DNA of 32,842 nucleotides. Origin: Hyphochytrium catenoides (Eukaryota > Protista > Hyphochytriomycota). The stretch lies in assembly GCA_900088475.1 (NCBI GenBank), contig FLMG01002656.1, forward strand, positions 1 to 32,842, read 5' to 3'. This document shows, piece after piece, positions 22,902 through 32,842 of this stretch. Both the position numbers and the translations under genes were made by a program. Every line of letters starts with the position of its first letter. The first letter of the stretch is position 1. Below the pieces are notes generated by a model. The model ran no database searches and was not told the origin of the DNA. It saw nothing but the letters and a program-made list of their open reading frames with translations.

Positions 22902-24797
22902 ATGCTTCTCACATCTACGGCCCTCCAACGTAATCACCTCTACGTTGAGCCTCGGGAGAAGCTGTTGATATGTCGCCATCATAGTTGCCAGATGGCTGTC
23001 CTGCCACAGTTGGTATTCAAACATATCAGAACGCGGCACAAGGAGCTCCTTTCTCAATACGGCGCCGTCAAGGACAAAGACCAGATCGAGCTTGATTTGC
23101 GGTGCCTGAGAGTACCTATGAATTCAAGAAGCAAAGAGTTTGAAGACTGGTGGGCTCCTATTTTGAGCAAATACCTTGCCGGGCCACAATCTAGGAACGG
23201 TAGGTTGCCAGCTGTTGAGGGCATTCCGACGACCCAAGGACTCTCTTGCCTCAATTGTCCCATCGATGAACCTTATTTTTGCGCCACCCTCTCAAGCTTC
23301 AGAACCCACCATACTAGACAGCACAGGGGCTTGAAGCCGAAAACAGAAACTGTCACCCTACAAATGCTCTTTAGAGGTACATGGACGCGCTACTTTCCGG
23401 TTATACCAACAACGGAGTCTGGTCAATCAACAAACGCCCAGGAAGCGACTGCACCCGATGCAGCTAATAGGCCGGAAGTCGATACAGACTCGAGTTTGGG
23501 CCCGATAACCGTGGAGATTATGAGTACAGCGGCCCTCAAAGCTCTCCGAGAACAAAATGAAAGGCAAGATGAAGCACTAAATTGGCGAAATAGCCAACTA
23601 CCAGGTTTGGCAGACCAAGACTCACACTCTTCAACAAGCAATCCTTTACCAGGTTCTCCTGTTACCAGTCGAAGTACTGCTAGTGAAGTCATTCCCAACC
23701 GTGCAGGCGTCAGCAGCAATCAACCGCGACCTTTGGGTGCAGCAGCTGGCACTGCCGCTCCTACGGGGCGGATTTATGGCCCTAACTCTTTCAGCCATTG
23801 GATGCTCCGAAAAAAACGTACCAGGGCTTTTGATATCTCCATAGAAGATGTTCCCTTTACCTGGAACCCATACCTTCAAGCTGTTTGCTGTCTGCCTTGC
23901 GCGAGGCTTTGCTTTGATGTCACCTCCGTCCGCAAGCACCTTACAATAAGCCATAAAGTGCCCCTCAGAATTGTGAAGTGGGAAGGAGGCGCAAGCTGGG
24001 CAATCGTGAACGAACTCTTGCCAGAGTCCACGTGGCTGAATGGAGCAGCAGCAGTCGCTCAGAAGACCCTCGTTCTGGGTCGTCCTAGCGGCGATACAAG
24101 CCACCCACAGGAACCTGTCCCTCTAGCACCCCTTCATCGCTGCATCCCTGGCCTCCCAATCCATGAAGGCTTTGCTTGCAAACTCTGCCTTCCGGGTTTT
24201 GCATACGTTTGTAGAGAGAAGGGGCAATTTATAGACCACATTGTAACAGCTCACCACCATCAGGGCCCGCCTACCGAGGTGACAAGCCTAGCTCCGGACC
24301 TGAACAACACAGAAACTGAATTGTGCGACATGTGTGCTGAAGCAGTTAGCGTCCAGAGGATATCCGCTGCCAACAACGCTAGAGGATCAGCCTACTTTGC
24401 GGTCAAGTGCGATTGTAGGCCTCACAGGGTCCTGCTGGCATCTCATCATGATGGGGATAATGAAGAGGCATCAGCTGGAGGAGCGAGAAGTAAACGTCGT
24501 AAGCGGTTACACAAAAAGGGAAAAACAGGAAAGAGTCTGAAAAAGAGGAAAGCCTCCTCAGCCACAGACGCTCGGGCAAGGATGAACGGCCGTGCTATAC
24601 AGAGTTCTGCTGAAGAACGAAGCAAAGGAAGACAGTTAATGAACATAGCGGACTTCCTTTTTAAGGGAACTCAGAAGCTGCGTGAAGAAGAAAATTATCT
24701 ATCGCACTACTTTGGAAGGCTCCACAGGGGAAATGAGAGCATTGAAGTTCGTCTTGAAGCATGGCTTAGAAAGGGTCAGACTGTCTCGCCTCAGTAG
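22902..24797 (+). CDS. Intronless protein with two OrsD/DUF3505-like C2H2-type zinc-binding domains and a basic NLS-like tail
   Basis: Long uninterrupted ORF, open from 22659 with first ATG at 22902. Domain 1: LLICRHHSCQMAV..KHIRTRH..PAVEGIP..GLSCLNC..FC..RTHHTRQH..VTLQMLF..RYFPV. Domain 2: AVCCLPC..RKHLTISH..IPGLPIHEGFACKLC..YVC..DHIVTAH..VSVQRI..YFAV. SKRRKRLHKKGK..KKRK lies near the C-terminus. Confidence 0.75.
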   Translation: MLLTSTALQRNHLYVEPREKLLICRHHSCQMAVLPQLVFKHIRTRHKELLSQYGAVKDKDQIELDLRCLRVPMNSRSKEFEDWWAPILSKYLAGPQSRNGRLPAVEGIPTTQGLSCLNCPIDEPYFCATLSSFRTHHTRQHRGLKPKTETVTLQMLFRGTWTRYFPVIPTTESGQSTNAQEATAPDAANRPEVDTDSSLGPITVEIMSTAALKALREQNERQDEALNWRNSQLPGLADQDSHSSTSNPLPGSPVTSRSTASEVIPNRAGVSSNQPRPLGAAAGTAAPTGRIYGPNSFSHWMLRKKRTRAFDISIEDVPFTWNPYLQAVCCLPCARLCFDVTSVRKHLTISHKVPLRIVKWEGGASWAIVNELLPESTWLNGAAAVAQKTLVLGRPSGDTSHPQEPVPLAPLHRCIPGLPIHEGFACKLCLPGFAYVCREKGQFIDHIVTAHHHQGPPTEVTSLAPDLNNTETELCDMCAEAVSVQRISAANNARGSAYFAVKCDCRPHRVLLASHHDGDNEEASAGGARSKRRKRLHKKGKTGKSLKKRKASSATDARARMNGRAIQSSAEERSKGRQLMNIADFLFKGTQKLREEENYLSHYFGRLHRGNESIEVRLEAWLRKGQTVSPQ

Positions 24798-25149
24798 GGA
24801 AATAGGTCTATATCTATGGAACATGGCCTCTTCGGAGGTGTTTGAAGTGTTTTGCTTGCAGTCTTATCAGTCTCTCCTCCTATTAACCGAGAAAGAGGTA
24901 ATAGAAGTTAGTTTTGTGGGTGGTGACATCTCCTTTTATTGTCATTTAGCGAGCACATAACCATTGAGGCCAACGCCTCTTATCGGCCGAGCCGTACCTG
25001 GTGCTCTGGACGCCTAGCTGGCTAATGATTTGCAAGAGGGAAACCGACACTGATTTAGGTCTCTCAATAAGAATGAAGATGAACATATGAAGAGCCAACA
25101 AATTAGAGTGAGAAAGGCGCGCGGTTGCGGACAGTAGGAGCTCTATTAG

Positions 25150-25700
25150 AAGGTGGGAGCCCTGCTCTTAACACCAGGAAGGGGGCTTTAGTAAAGGCCA
25201 TCGAAGTGGAAATTCTTGTTGTGGTCAGACTAACTCGCGGGAAGAATATCGAGCTTGTAAGCCGCGAGTGGATGCAGTTAAGCCATAACCATGAACAAAG
25301 TATATCAGAAGTTATAAGAGAAGAAGAGAGACCATGGACAGACGGTTGAGACCAAGCGACAGGAGAAGAAATGGAAAAGAACGAAGGTTGAGCCAGAAGA
25401 AGAAGGGAAACGAAGGCAACACCACCACGACATAATGAGGACCAATAGTTGGGGAAAGAACGATGTAAGATACACATACTAGGAGCGCCGGTGTTGGTAC
25501 ATAGAAGAGCGTAAGTAAGAGAGACAGGCAAGGATTCCCCACGTCCTAGGCAACGAGGATAGAGAGAATGGAAAAGGATCAAGATAAACAATGTTCCAAA
25601 GAAGCCTGCTGAAGAGCTTTCGAGGGCCATGATCAAGGCATAAATGGACGACGGAGAGTTGGGGCAATATGGGGAAGGGAGCCGGAAGAGCAATGGATAC
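25150..25700 (-). pseudogene. Decayed typical-class leucine-rich-repeat gene fragment
   Basis: One minus frame gives IVYLDPFPFSLSSLPRTWGILACLSYL and LHPLAAYKLDILPAS*SD..LY*SPL, fitting LxxLxLxxNxLxxLPxxxGxLxxLxxL, with several stops. Confidence 0.5.
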
Positions 25701-26149
25701 AGAACGAAAGAGGAAAAGAGTGGGATGACGCGATAACCTTGATGTCCTACTACTCATCCTACACAGCCAAGCGCCAGGTGTCTAGATACTGTCCGTCCCA
25801 CTCTGATCAGCTAATAATAGAGAAGCCTGTTCTGGCGAAGTACGTATCAATTATTACTGCTCACTACTTACTGCTTCTAAGCTACACTAATATAACCTTT
25901 TTTTTTTATTGATGGCTGTATGGGTGGTGAGGCCTCCAGTGAGGTTACATTGACACCGCCCCCTTGGGGAGCCCTGCCACTTTACACTATTATAATTATT
26001 GTCGAAGCTAGGACAGCCGGGAGGCGGTGTTAGTGACATTGAACAAGAAAACGCTATATGAAGAGCATGGGCTCATTGCTAGTGGTGCGAAGGGATGCTA
26101 TGCTACTACGATGCTGTGCTGGTGATGATAGGAGCTAATTGTTGGCAAT

Positions 26150-29100
26150 GGATGGGCCAACGTTCAACCCCGCCGCATCATCGCACCCAGGAAAACCTAA
26201 CGTCCTTCACATTCTCTCCACCTCCCTGATGTCATCTTCAGCCATACAAGTAACTAGTAAGCGCACTACGCGATTGGTCACCCAGACAGACGTGATCTCT
26301 CTGTTCTACTGTTGACTGTTGTCTGCCTTTCTCCTTTCGACAAAAATCCTATTCTCAAGTCTTTTGAGCCATTCCTCTGTAGTGTGCTACTCAAAAGCTC
26401 TGCACGTGATCTCGAGTGGTCAGCATGATGCTGCTTCATCAACGAAGCCCAGTAGACAATTAGTGTGTGCGGGCTGCAGCAGCTCTATCTCTTCGTCTAC
26501 GTTCAAAAAGTTCTGGCTGTTCGTCTTTTCCATCGTCGCACCACGCGGTAGTACTGCTTTCAGTGTTTCTCAGTGCGACTCCTCACAACATCCCCTCATC
26601 TCCTTCCCCGCTGCCTAGCATATTGTGTAAGCACGAACATGGCTCGTGATGCCAGACAGATGTACTGGGTTTCAGTCTTGTCATGAGGGACAGGAGGCTA
26701 CTAGCCGAACAGCATCCTCCGCATACTGACCAAGCGAAAGCAGCTCTTCTTCGGGTCTTCCTTCTCTTTTAGTGACAAATCGCATTATCTGACTAACTTT
26801 TTGACCCCATTCTAATCTTCATCATGTCTTCTCAGACTATTCAGTTTCCCTCATCAAGGCCTGTCCGCCGGTCGATAACTTGTCCCAGGGAAGTCAATTG
26901 TGACGCGCGATCGGGCGGTTGATGTTCACTCCTTTTTCTCAACCCCAAAAGACCACTAAGCGGACCATCATGCGTACCGAGATAGAGCAGCTCTCTCCCT
27001 CTCCCTTCTTCAATGATCCTGTTACCTCGTGGTCCATTCCATTCAATTTTTCAGCTTCCGCTTACACCGCTTTGGAGCTGATGACATACTCAAAGAAGGA
27101 AGAACGGGGGACGTCGCTGGTGCTGCGCGAATCGTTTGCGGACGTTCAGTATTTTCAAGCTGCTGGTTTGCACAAAAAAGCAACTATGTAAAGTGGGTGC
27201 TTTTTTCCTGAGTGAGGGGAGCTCTCCCCATCTGATCTTTCCTTTCTCCTCCACAGTTTGCTGCGTTGGTTATTCCGACCCAAGTTCGTCCTTTATGTCT
27301 TTCTTGAGGAGGGTTACTACTACACATCCCCATCACCGGCAGCTCTCCGGCTGAACACATGCTGGGAAGAAGGAGGAGAGACCTAATAAGTCGAGCATGC
27401 TTGAGCAGCTGGTTCACCTTTTTCACTCATCAGCAGCCCGAGGCGACTAACGGACGGCATGCTTGCAAAAAAGACGATGTGCAGACGACAGAGCTCTACA
27501 CCTCTTCGCGTTGACTGTTTTGTTGTCCTTATTCTGTCTCAGGTTATCTAGTGCAATTTCCAGTCTTATTCGCTAACTATTCTCCCTGTACATTGCCATC
27601 TATAAGGAAGGTATCTTTCTGAGGGACACTTCTCTTCGATTTCCTGCTTTAAGGCCCAAGCAAGACACTTTGAAATCAATAGGGTTAGCCTGACCCCCTG
27701 CTGATGCATGCCCAGTACTTAACCATCTGCTGCAGGAGGCTTCTATTAGATCGGAGGACTACTTGTCTAGCAAGAGATGAAGTACAGAGGTTAGCTCTTT
27801 CCCCTTGGTGCTCTGACCATTCTGTCCCTGTATGTCATAACTGCCTGCTTTTGCCTAAAGAAAAAAAATATCTAGGTAGTTGGACTCGGCCTTACTTCTG
27901 ACTAGGATCAAGATGATGTCGATGCCCGCCTTGGTTTATTATCGAATCACCTGCGTTCATCACTATTTCTATCTCTTACTAGAATATCCATCAAGCCGTT
28001 GCCGAGTTGATTCTTTATTAGTCAACACTCTGTTATTAGCGCCCGTTCTCTCCTTGTGCTTCCGTTTGTGTGGACTTCTATACGGCGGTGGCTCTTCTTA
28101 GCGTAGGATGACCCTGTCGCAGGGCCAGCGCTACTTCTTCTGACTATTGTTATTCTGAAAATCAAGAGGTGCGGCAAAGAACTTCATGGACAGAGTCAAG
28201 AGACTAAAATAGGGGGGACCCAGAATAAAGAACGCTCTTGCATATAGGGACTTTCTGCAAGCAGAAAAAGAGACTCGTAAGAGAAGAAAGCGGTAGCCAC
28301 TAGAAGATGAAGAATCAGGTTATCATAGACAATCGTGACAAGTGGCGCGGAGGGAGCAGCTCTCCGGAACTATGGGCTGATTCAATGCTGGCGTTTCCTG
28401 ATTGGCAGGACACGTATTTCGTGCTCGTAGCTGCCCTTCACCCCATGTTTTTATTACTCTCCACAGCTTTTTCTGTGTCTCTTTCTTCACACCGCCTGTT
28501 CGGAGTCACAGTGACATGCTCTGGACACCTATTATCTCTTGTTGGAATCCCCGCTAATTTATAATCTAGATCATCAGATAAGTGTAGTTCGTTTCTCTCA
28601 TAACAAATCTCAGTCCTCCATGGTAAATGAATGAAGCCTAGCCTAAAAAGAAAGTGGACGGAAGAGAATAAAAGTATGAGGTGAGTCTGAATAAGCTTCT
28701 TATGGCAAAGCCATCGTCGCGTCAGAGGTGGGGCGAGGGCCAAACGCAGGAAAGCAGGAGCAGAGACAGCTTTAGCAGGAATCTCAAGCAGTTAATCGGG
28801 ACGGAGAAGAGATCTGTTCTTCCCAAAGGGCTTCAGGCAAGGGACGAGGAATCAAGACCCAACATACATACCATCGGGATTATCTCCAGTTGCCTTTGCA
28901 ATGAACTCCACCTTCTCGTCTCCGATGTTGGAGAAATTCTAATCGTAAGCTAATGCCAACAAATAGCTAGAAAACGCGATAGAGGAAGATAAACAGGGAA
29001 AGAACTCGGAGGCCGAAGAGAGCAAGAACTATTGAAGTGAATGAAGAACCCAGAGGGAGAAATAAATAAGAAGAGCCACAGAGTTATCAAGGAGAAGACA

Positions 29101-29950
29101 GACGAGGAGGGTGAACAGTATTAGCAGGTCCCCTCCATATTAGAAGTCCTGCCGAGGCAATTCTTGGTCTTCTAACGATACCACCCAGGAGACACAAAAG
29201 CTGTCTTCTTTTCTTTCTTTCTTTTTCTCTATTCCTCCTCGCTCCTTCCAGTGCTCCTTGATGTCTTTCTCCTTTGAGTCTCTATCGTCGATGAAATTGT
29301 GAGAGAAGCAGAGGATCGCGAGATCTATATTTCTGGCAGACAAAGAAATCGACAGACGTTAGTAGAGCATCAATTGCGATGCAAGCCCCTCCTCTCCCTC
29401 TCTCTTCTGTTTCTCCTATTCCTCGACCAGGTTTATACATAATTTAAATACGGCGACACTCCATCTATCCACCCTTCTTCCTCCAGTCATCCTCGGCCCA
29501 CATGCCTGACGCTTGTCACCGGGAGGGAGGTTGCAAAGAAGTGAAGAGGGATAAAAGATGCATGAGTAGACCGATAAAAACGATGATGCAAGCGTAGATT
29601 AAGAAACAAAGGAGTATAAAAAAGCGTCTCTTTTCCCTTAAGCAAGGCACGGAGCATGCTCGATGCGCCAGCTCCCGCTTCTTCTCCCCTACTGCCTCCT
29701 TTTTCTATACCCGCAGGAAAGATATAAGTAGGAGTGAAGGACATTCCCAGCAGGAAAGATAGAAGTAGAAGTGAGGGGCTGTAGTATGTAAGAAGAGTGA
29801 GTCCATGGGTTTAGCTAAGTCTTCGCTTCGGCTGGCCAGACCTCAGCTCCGACAAAGCTCTGCAGAGGAAGACTTCTAAGGCGACTCTAAGGACTTTTCT
29901 CTTAGATCGAACTTTATTGACTGATTTACATTGTGAGTAGAAGCAAACCG
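26150..29950 (-). pseudogene. Decayed RI/NLRC3-class LRR gene, possibly LRR-ROC-COR (Roco)
   Basis: LRR-like remnants: NKVRSKRKVLRVALEV..ALSELR (~29840-29920), RNIDLAILCFSHNFIDDRDSK (~29275-29335) and NFSNIGDEKVEFIAKA followed by a GTATGT donor (~28870-28940). There is a weak P-loop-like FKV..LG..AG(K)S (~27640-27675), a COR-like VNQLLKHARLIRSLL (~27375-27420), and a long protein-like frame with sparse stops at 26150-26580. Confidence 0.35.
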
Positions 29951-30409
29951 ATCTCAGGAAGAGCAGAGAGAGGAGGGAGAGAAGGAATAGAACTAGAGAT
30001 GAGAGCAGCCTCCTTCGTAGCAAGCGCTACGCTGATAGCCAACCATTGGCCCAGGAGACTGGGACTACCCATCCTCGTCGGCTAGTTCCTCTAAAGGCCG
30101 CAGCGCTCTCGCCAGCGCCTTCTCCTATCCACCTCCTGGACCCAGCGCTAGCTCCAAGAGATAACCGAGAGCTTGTAGTTCAGAGGAGTATATGGTACTA
30201 CTACACGGAGTATTCACATATAACAGGGGCAGTCGAGCGTTAGTTGAAATACTAGAGTGCGGGCAGTGAATGGCACGTAGAAGGGACCAGAACAGTCAAC
30301 GAGATGGGAAAGCAAAGTAAAGTATGAAAAACTAGTAAAAGAGGAATGACGACGCAGCTGTCACCAGGGTAAAAGTGAGATACAGACGATGACGGGAAGA
30401 AGGAGTGTA

Positions 30410-31450
30410 GAGAAAGAACAACAAAAGGGACTTGTACAGAGGACAAAGTTGGAGGAAAGCGGTACAGAGAAGCAGGAACGGGGACATAGGAGTGAGGGAC
30501 AGAGACTTGGAATCTTGTGTATAACTGATAAGCTTGTACGTCAGGCGCAAAGAATTCAACAAGCGGACGAGAAATGACCAAATTAGCATTTTAGAGGTTA
30601 GGAAAGAGAGTCGAAGAGCAGATGGTAATTCTAAAAAAGAGAGATAAAGACGAACATGAACGGAGAGAAAGAGCATCAGAAAGGATGGTGCAGAGGAGGG
30701 TGGTCGCGAGAATGTGCCGAGTGAAGCAGGCGCTGGGAAGTGGAGTGAACGACAAAAAGGTGAGATATCGAAGAAAGGGTGAGGAACATGTAGGTGAGGA
30801 GCAAAAAAGTCAAGCGAACGGAAATGACAAAATGAGCAATCTAAAGGCTGGGACAAAAGCGAATAGAAGAGCAGTTTCTAATCGGAAGAAAGAGAGATGA
30901 AGACGAAGAGCAGCAGGGAGAGGAAGCATCAGAAATGGGGTGGTACAGAGGACGAAGTTCGTGAGAATAAGCCGAGTGAAGCAGGAGCGGGGAAGTAGGA
31001 GTTAACTGACACAACGTAAAGTATTAGAGAAGGAGTGGAAAGCATATAGGAGGAGTGGGAAGCATATAGCAGAGGAGCAAAGGAATAGAGCGGACGAAAG
31101 AACAGAGAGGAAGGTTTTTAGAAGGTAGGATAGACAATGAGAAAGCAATTTAGGAAGAACAACTCATGAAGGACGAAAAGCAAAGGAGGCAAAGAACACC
31201 AAGAAGATTTGTATAAAGGACACAGTTCGCGAGAAGGGAGAGAGAAATGGTGGAGAAGAGGGAGAGATATTCGAGTTGGGGGAGTAGGTATGTAGGGGCA
31301 ATTTGTAGGGAGAATCGCAGGTTAGGAAAAGAATGAGAGAGCAAATGCTAACCAGGAGAGAGAGATACAGAGGAAGACCAAGGAAAAGAAAAAGCATCAA
31401 AAAGGATTTATACCGAGGTAGAAGTTAGCGTTAGCGTGTATAAGGATAGT
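30410..31450. repeat. Highly diverged ~255-bp tandem repeat, 4-5 units, purine-rich on + strand
   Basis: An anchor like agcatcagaaa..ggtacagagga recurs at ~30415, 30671, 30925, 31193 and 31393. gccgagtgaagcagg occurs at ~30716 and ~30971. Confidence 0.7.
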
Positions 31451-31568
31451 GAAGCAGAGCGTGGACGTAGGAGCGAGGAGACAGAAATTGATGAGTACTG
31501 GAGTAAATGTAAGAAGCATGCGGACAGGAGCAAAAAATCACCCGGACAAGGATAGGATAAAGGGAGCA

Positions 31569-32778
31569 TTAGGGTCATGGCAGGAGGTTACGGCAGCAAT
31601 TTTAATGGCCCCAAGTTATAGCAGCGGGTTATGGCAGCGGATTATGAAAGGGTTGCGGGTTAGTGAAAGGGCAGTGAGATAGGAAAACCGCAGCGGCTAA
31701 GTAGGAGAATAGCAGCAGGCGTTAGGAAGAAAGCAGCGATGAGGAAAAGGGCAGCAGCCGTCGGTGGCAGGGATGGAAAGCAGTGGTTTATGGCGGGGGG
31801 TTATAGCGGAGGGTTATGGCGGAGGGACATGGTAGCGGTTTATGGCAGCGGTTTATTGCGGCAGTTATGGCAGCGGTTTATTGCAGCAGTTATGGCAGCA
31901 GTTATGGCAGCGGTTTATGGCAGCGGTTTATGGCAGTGGTTTATGGCAGGGGTTTATAGCAGCCGCTTATGGCAGCGGTTTACGGCAAAAGGTTAGTTTA
32001 TAGCAGCGATTTACAGCAGTAATTGATGGCGAAGAGTAATGGTAGCGGTTTATGGCAGTGCTTTATGGAAGCGGTTCATAACCACGGGATATGGCAGCGG
32101 ATTAGGGCAGTAGTTGGTGGGAAGGGGGTATCGGCAGCAGGTCGTGACAGCGAGCTAGTGGAGCGATTAGAGGAGTCGGTTATGGTAGCGGGAGAGACCA
32201 GTCTTTTAGGATTAGTGGTAAGGACAGCGGGTTAGGATAGGGGTTTGGGACAGCAGGTTAAGCCAGCGGGACGTGGTAGCGGGTAATGGTAGCGGGATAC
32301 GGCGGTGGATAAGGGCAGCAGCTAGGGCAGCGGGTTAGGGCAGCGGATAGCGGTAATAGGAGATTAGGGTTATGGCAGCGGTTTATGACAGCGATTTAAG
32401 GCAGCGGTTTGTGGTGGTAGCGGTTATGGCAGCAGTGTATGGCAACGGGATATGGCAGCGGTATATGGAAGCGGTTAGTGGGGAACGGTATCGGCAGCAG
32501 ATTGTGGCAGCGGGTTAATACAGCGGTTAAAGCATTGGCTTAGGGCAGTGGAATCAGGCGATGGATTATAAAAGCAGGTTAGGGCAGCGGTTAGGGTTAG
32601 GGCAGCGGGCTAGAGCAGCGGGATATGGACAGCGGGTTAGGGCAGCGGGATAGGGTTAGAACAGGGTTAGGGCAGGGGTTTAGGGCAGCGGGTTAGGGCA
32701 GGGGGTTAGAGCAGCGGGTTAGAGCAGCGGGTTAGGGCAGCGGGTTAGGGCAGCGAGTTAGGGCAGCGGGTTAGGGCA
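31569..32778 (+). repeat. Telomere-like / subtelomeric 13-bp satellite (TTATGGCAGCGGT grading into TTAGGGCAGCGGG)
   Basis: Directly visible. The G-rich strand points to the window end, TTAGGG content rises distally, and TTAGGGTTAGGG occurs at 32591-32602. Confidence 0.9.
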
Positions 32779-32842
32779 CCTAACCTTATTGGCGGCGGTA
32801 GCCACCAGGGTCTACCAGATCGTCTTAACATTAAGTTAGGCC

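Noticed and set aside
23054-24646. Antisense and alternate-frame ORFs inside the OrsD-like gene
   Set aside because: They have no motifs and are the expected shadows of a long ORF.
31449-32235. W/Q/G-rich ORFs near the right end
   Set aside because: They are translations of the 13-bp satellite.

Overview
Eukaryotic, intron-rich, gene-dense window of roughly balanced GC content. The protein motifs suggest a stramenopile-like protist (inference only), and the window appears to run into a subtelomere. From left to right: a decayed Ty1/copia pol fragment; a METTL21-family lysine methyltransferase (-); GA microsatellites around a stop-interrupted frame; an 18-exon PH-domain + CAMKK/GRIK-type kinase (+); a 99-aa FLASH/CASP8AP2-N-terminal-like protein (-) set head-to-head with a ~24-exon Cid1/URT1-type terminal nucleotidyltransferase (+) that has an RG-rich N-terminus, a SKICH-like domain and Tyr at the UTP-selecting His position; a hypothetical gene (-) whose predicted stop lies 1 nt from the TUTase stop; a possible MPLKIP-like exon pair; a 49-bp minisatellite; a mitochondrial [2Fe-2S]-type ferrochelatase (-) with one GC-AG intron; an intronless tandem OrsD/DUF3505-like zinc-finger protein (+); about 6 kb of decayed LRR (possibly Roco) sequence including ~255-bp repeat modules; and a 1.2-kb gradient of 13-bp TTAGGG-containing repeats ending in a small palindrome. 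All gene models were spliced by eye and family calls come from remembered motifs, not database searches.
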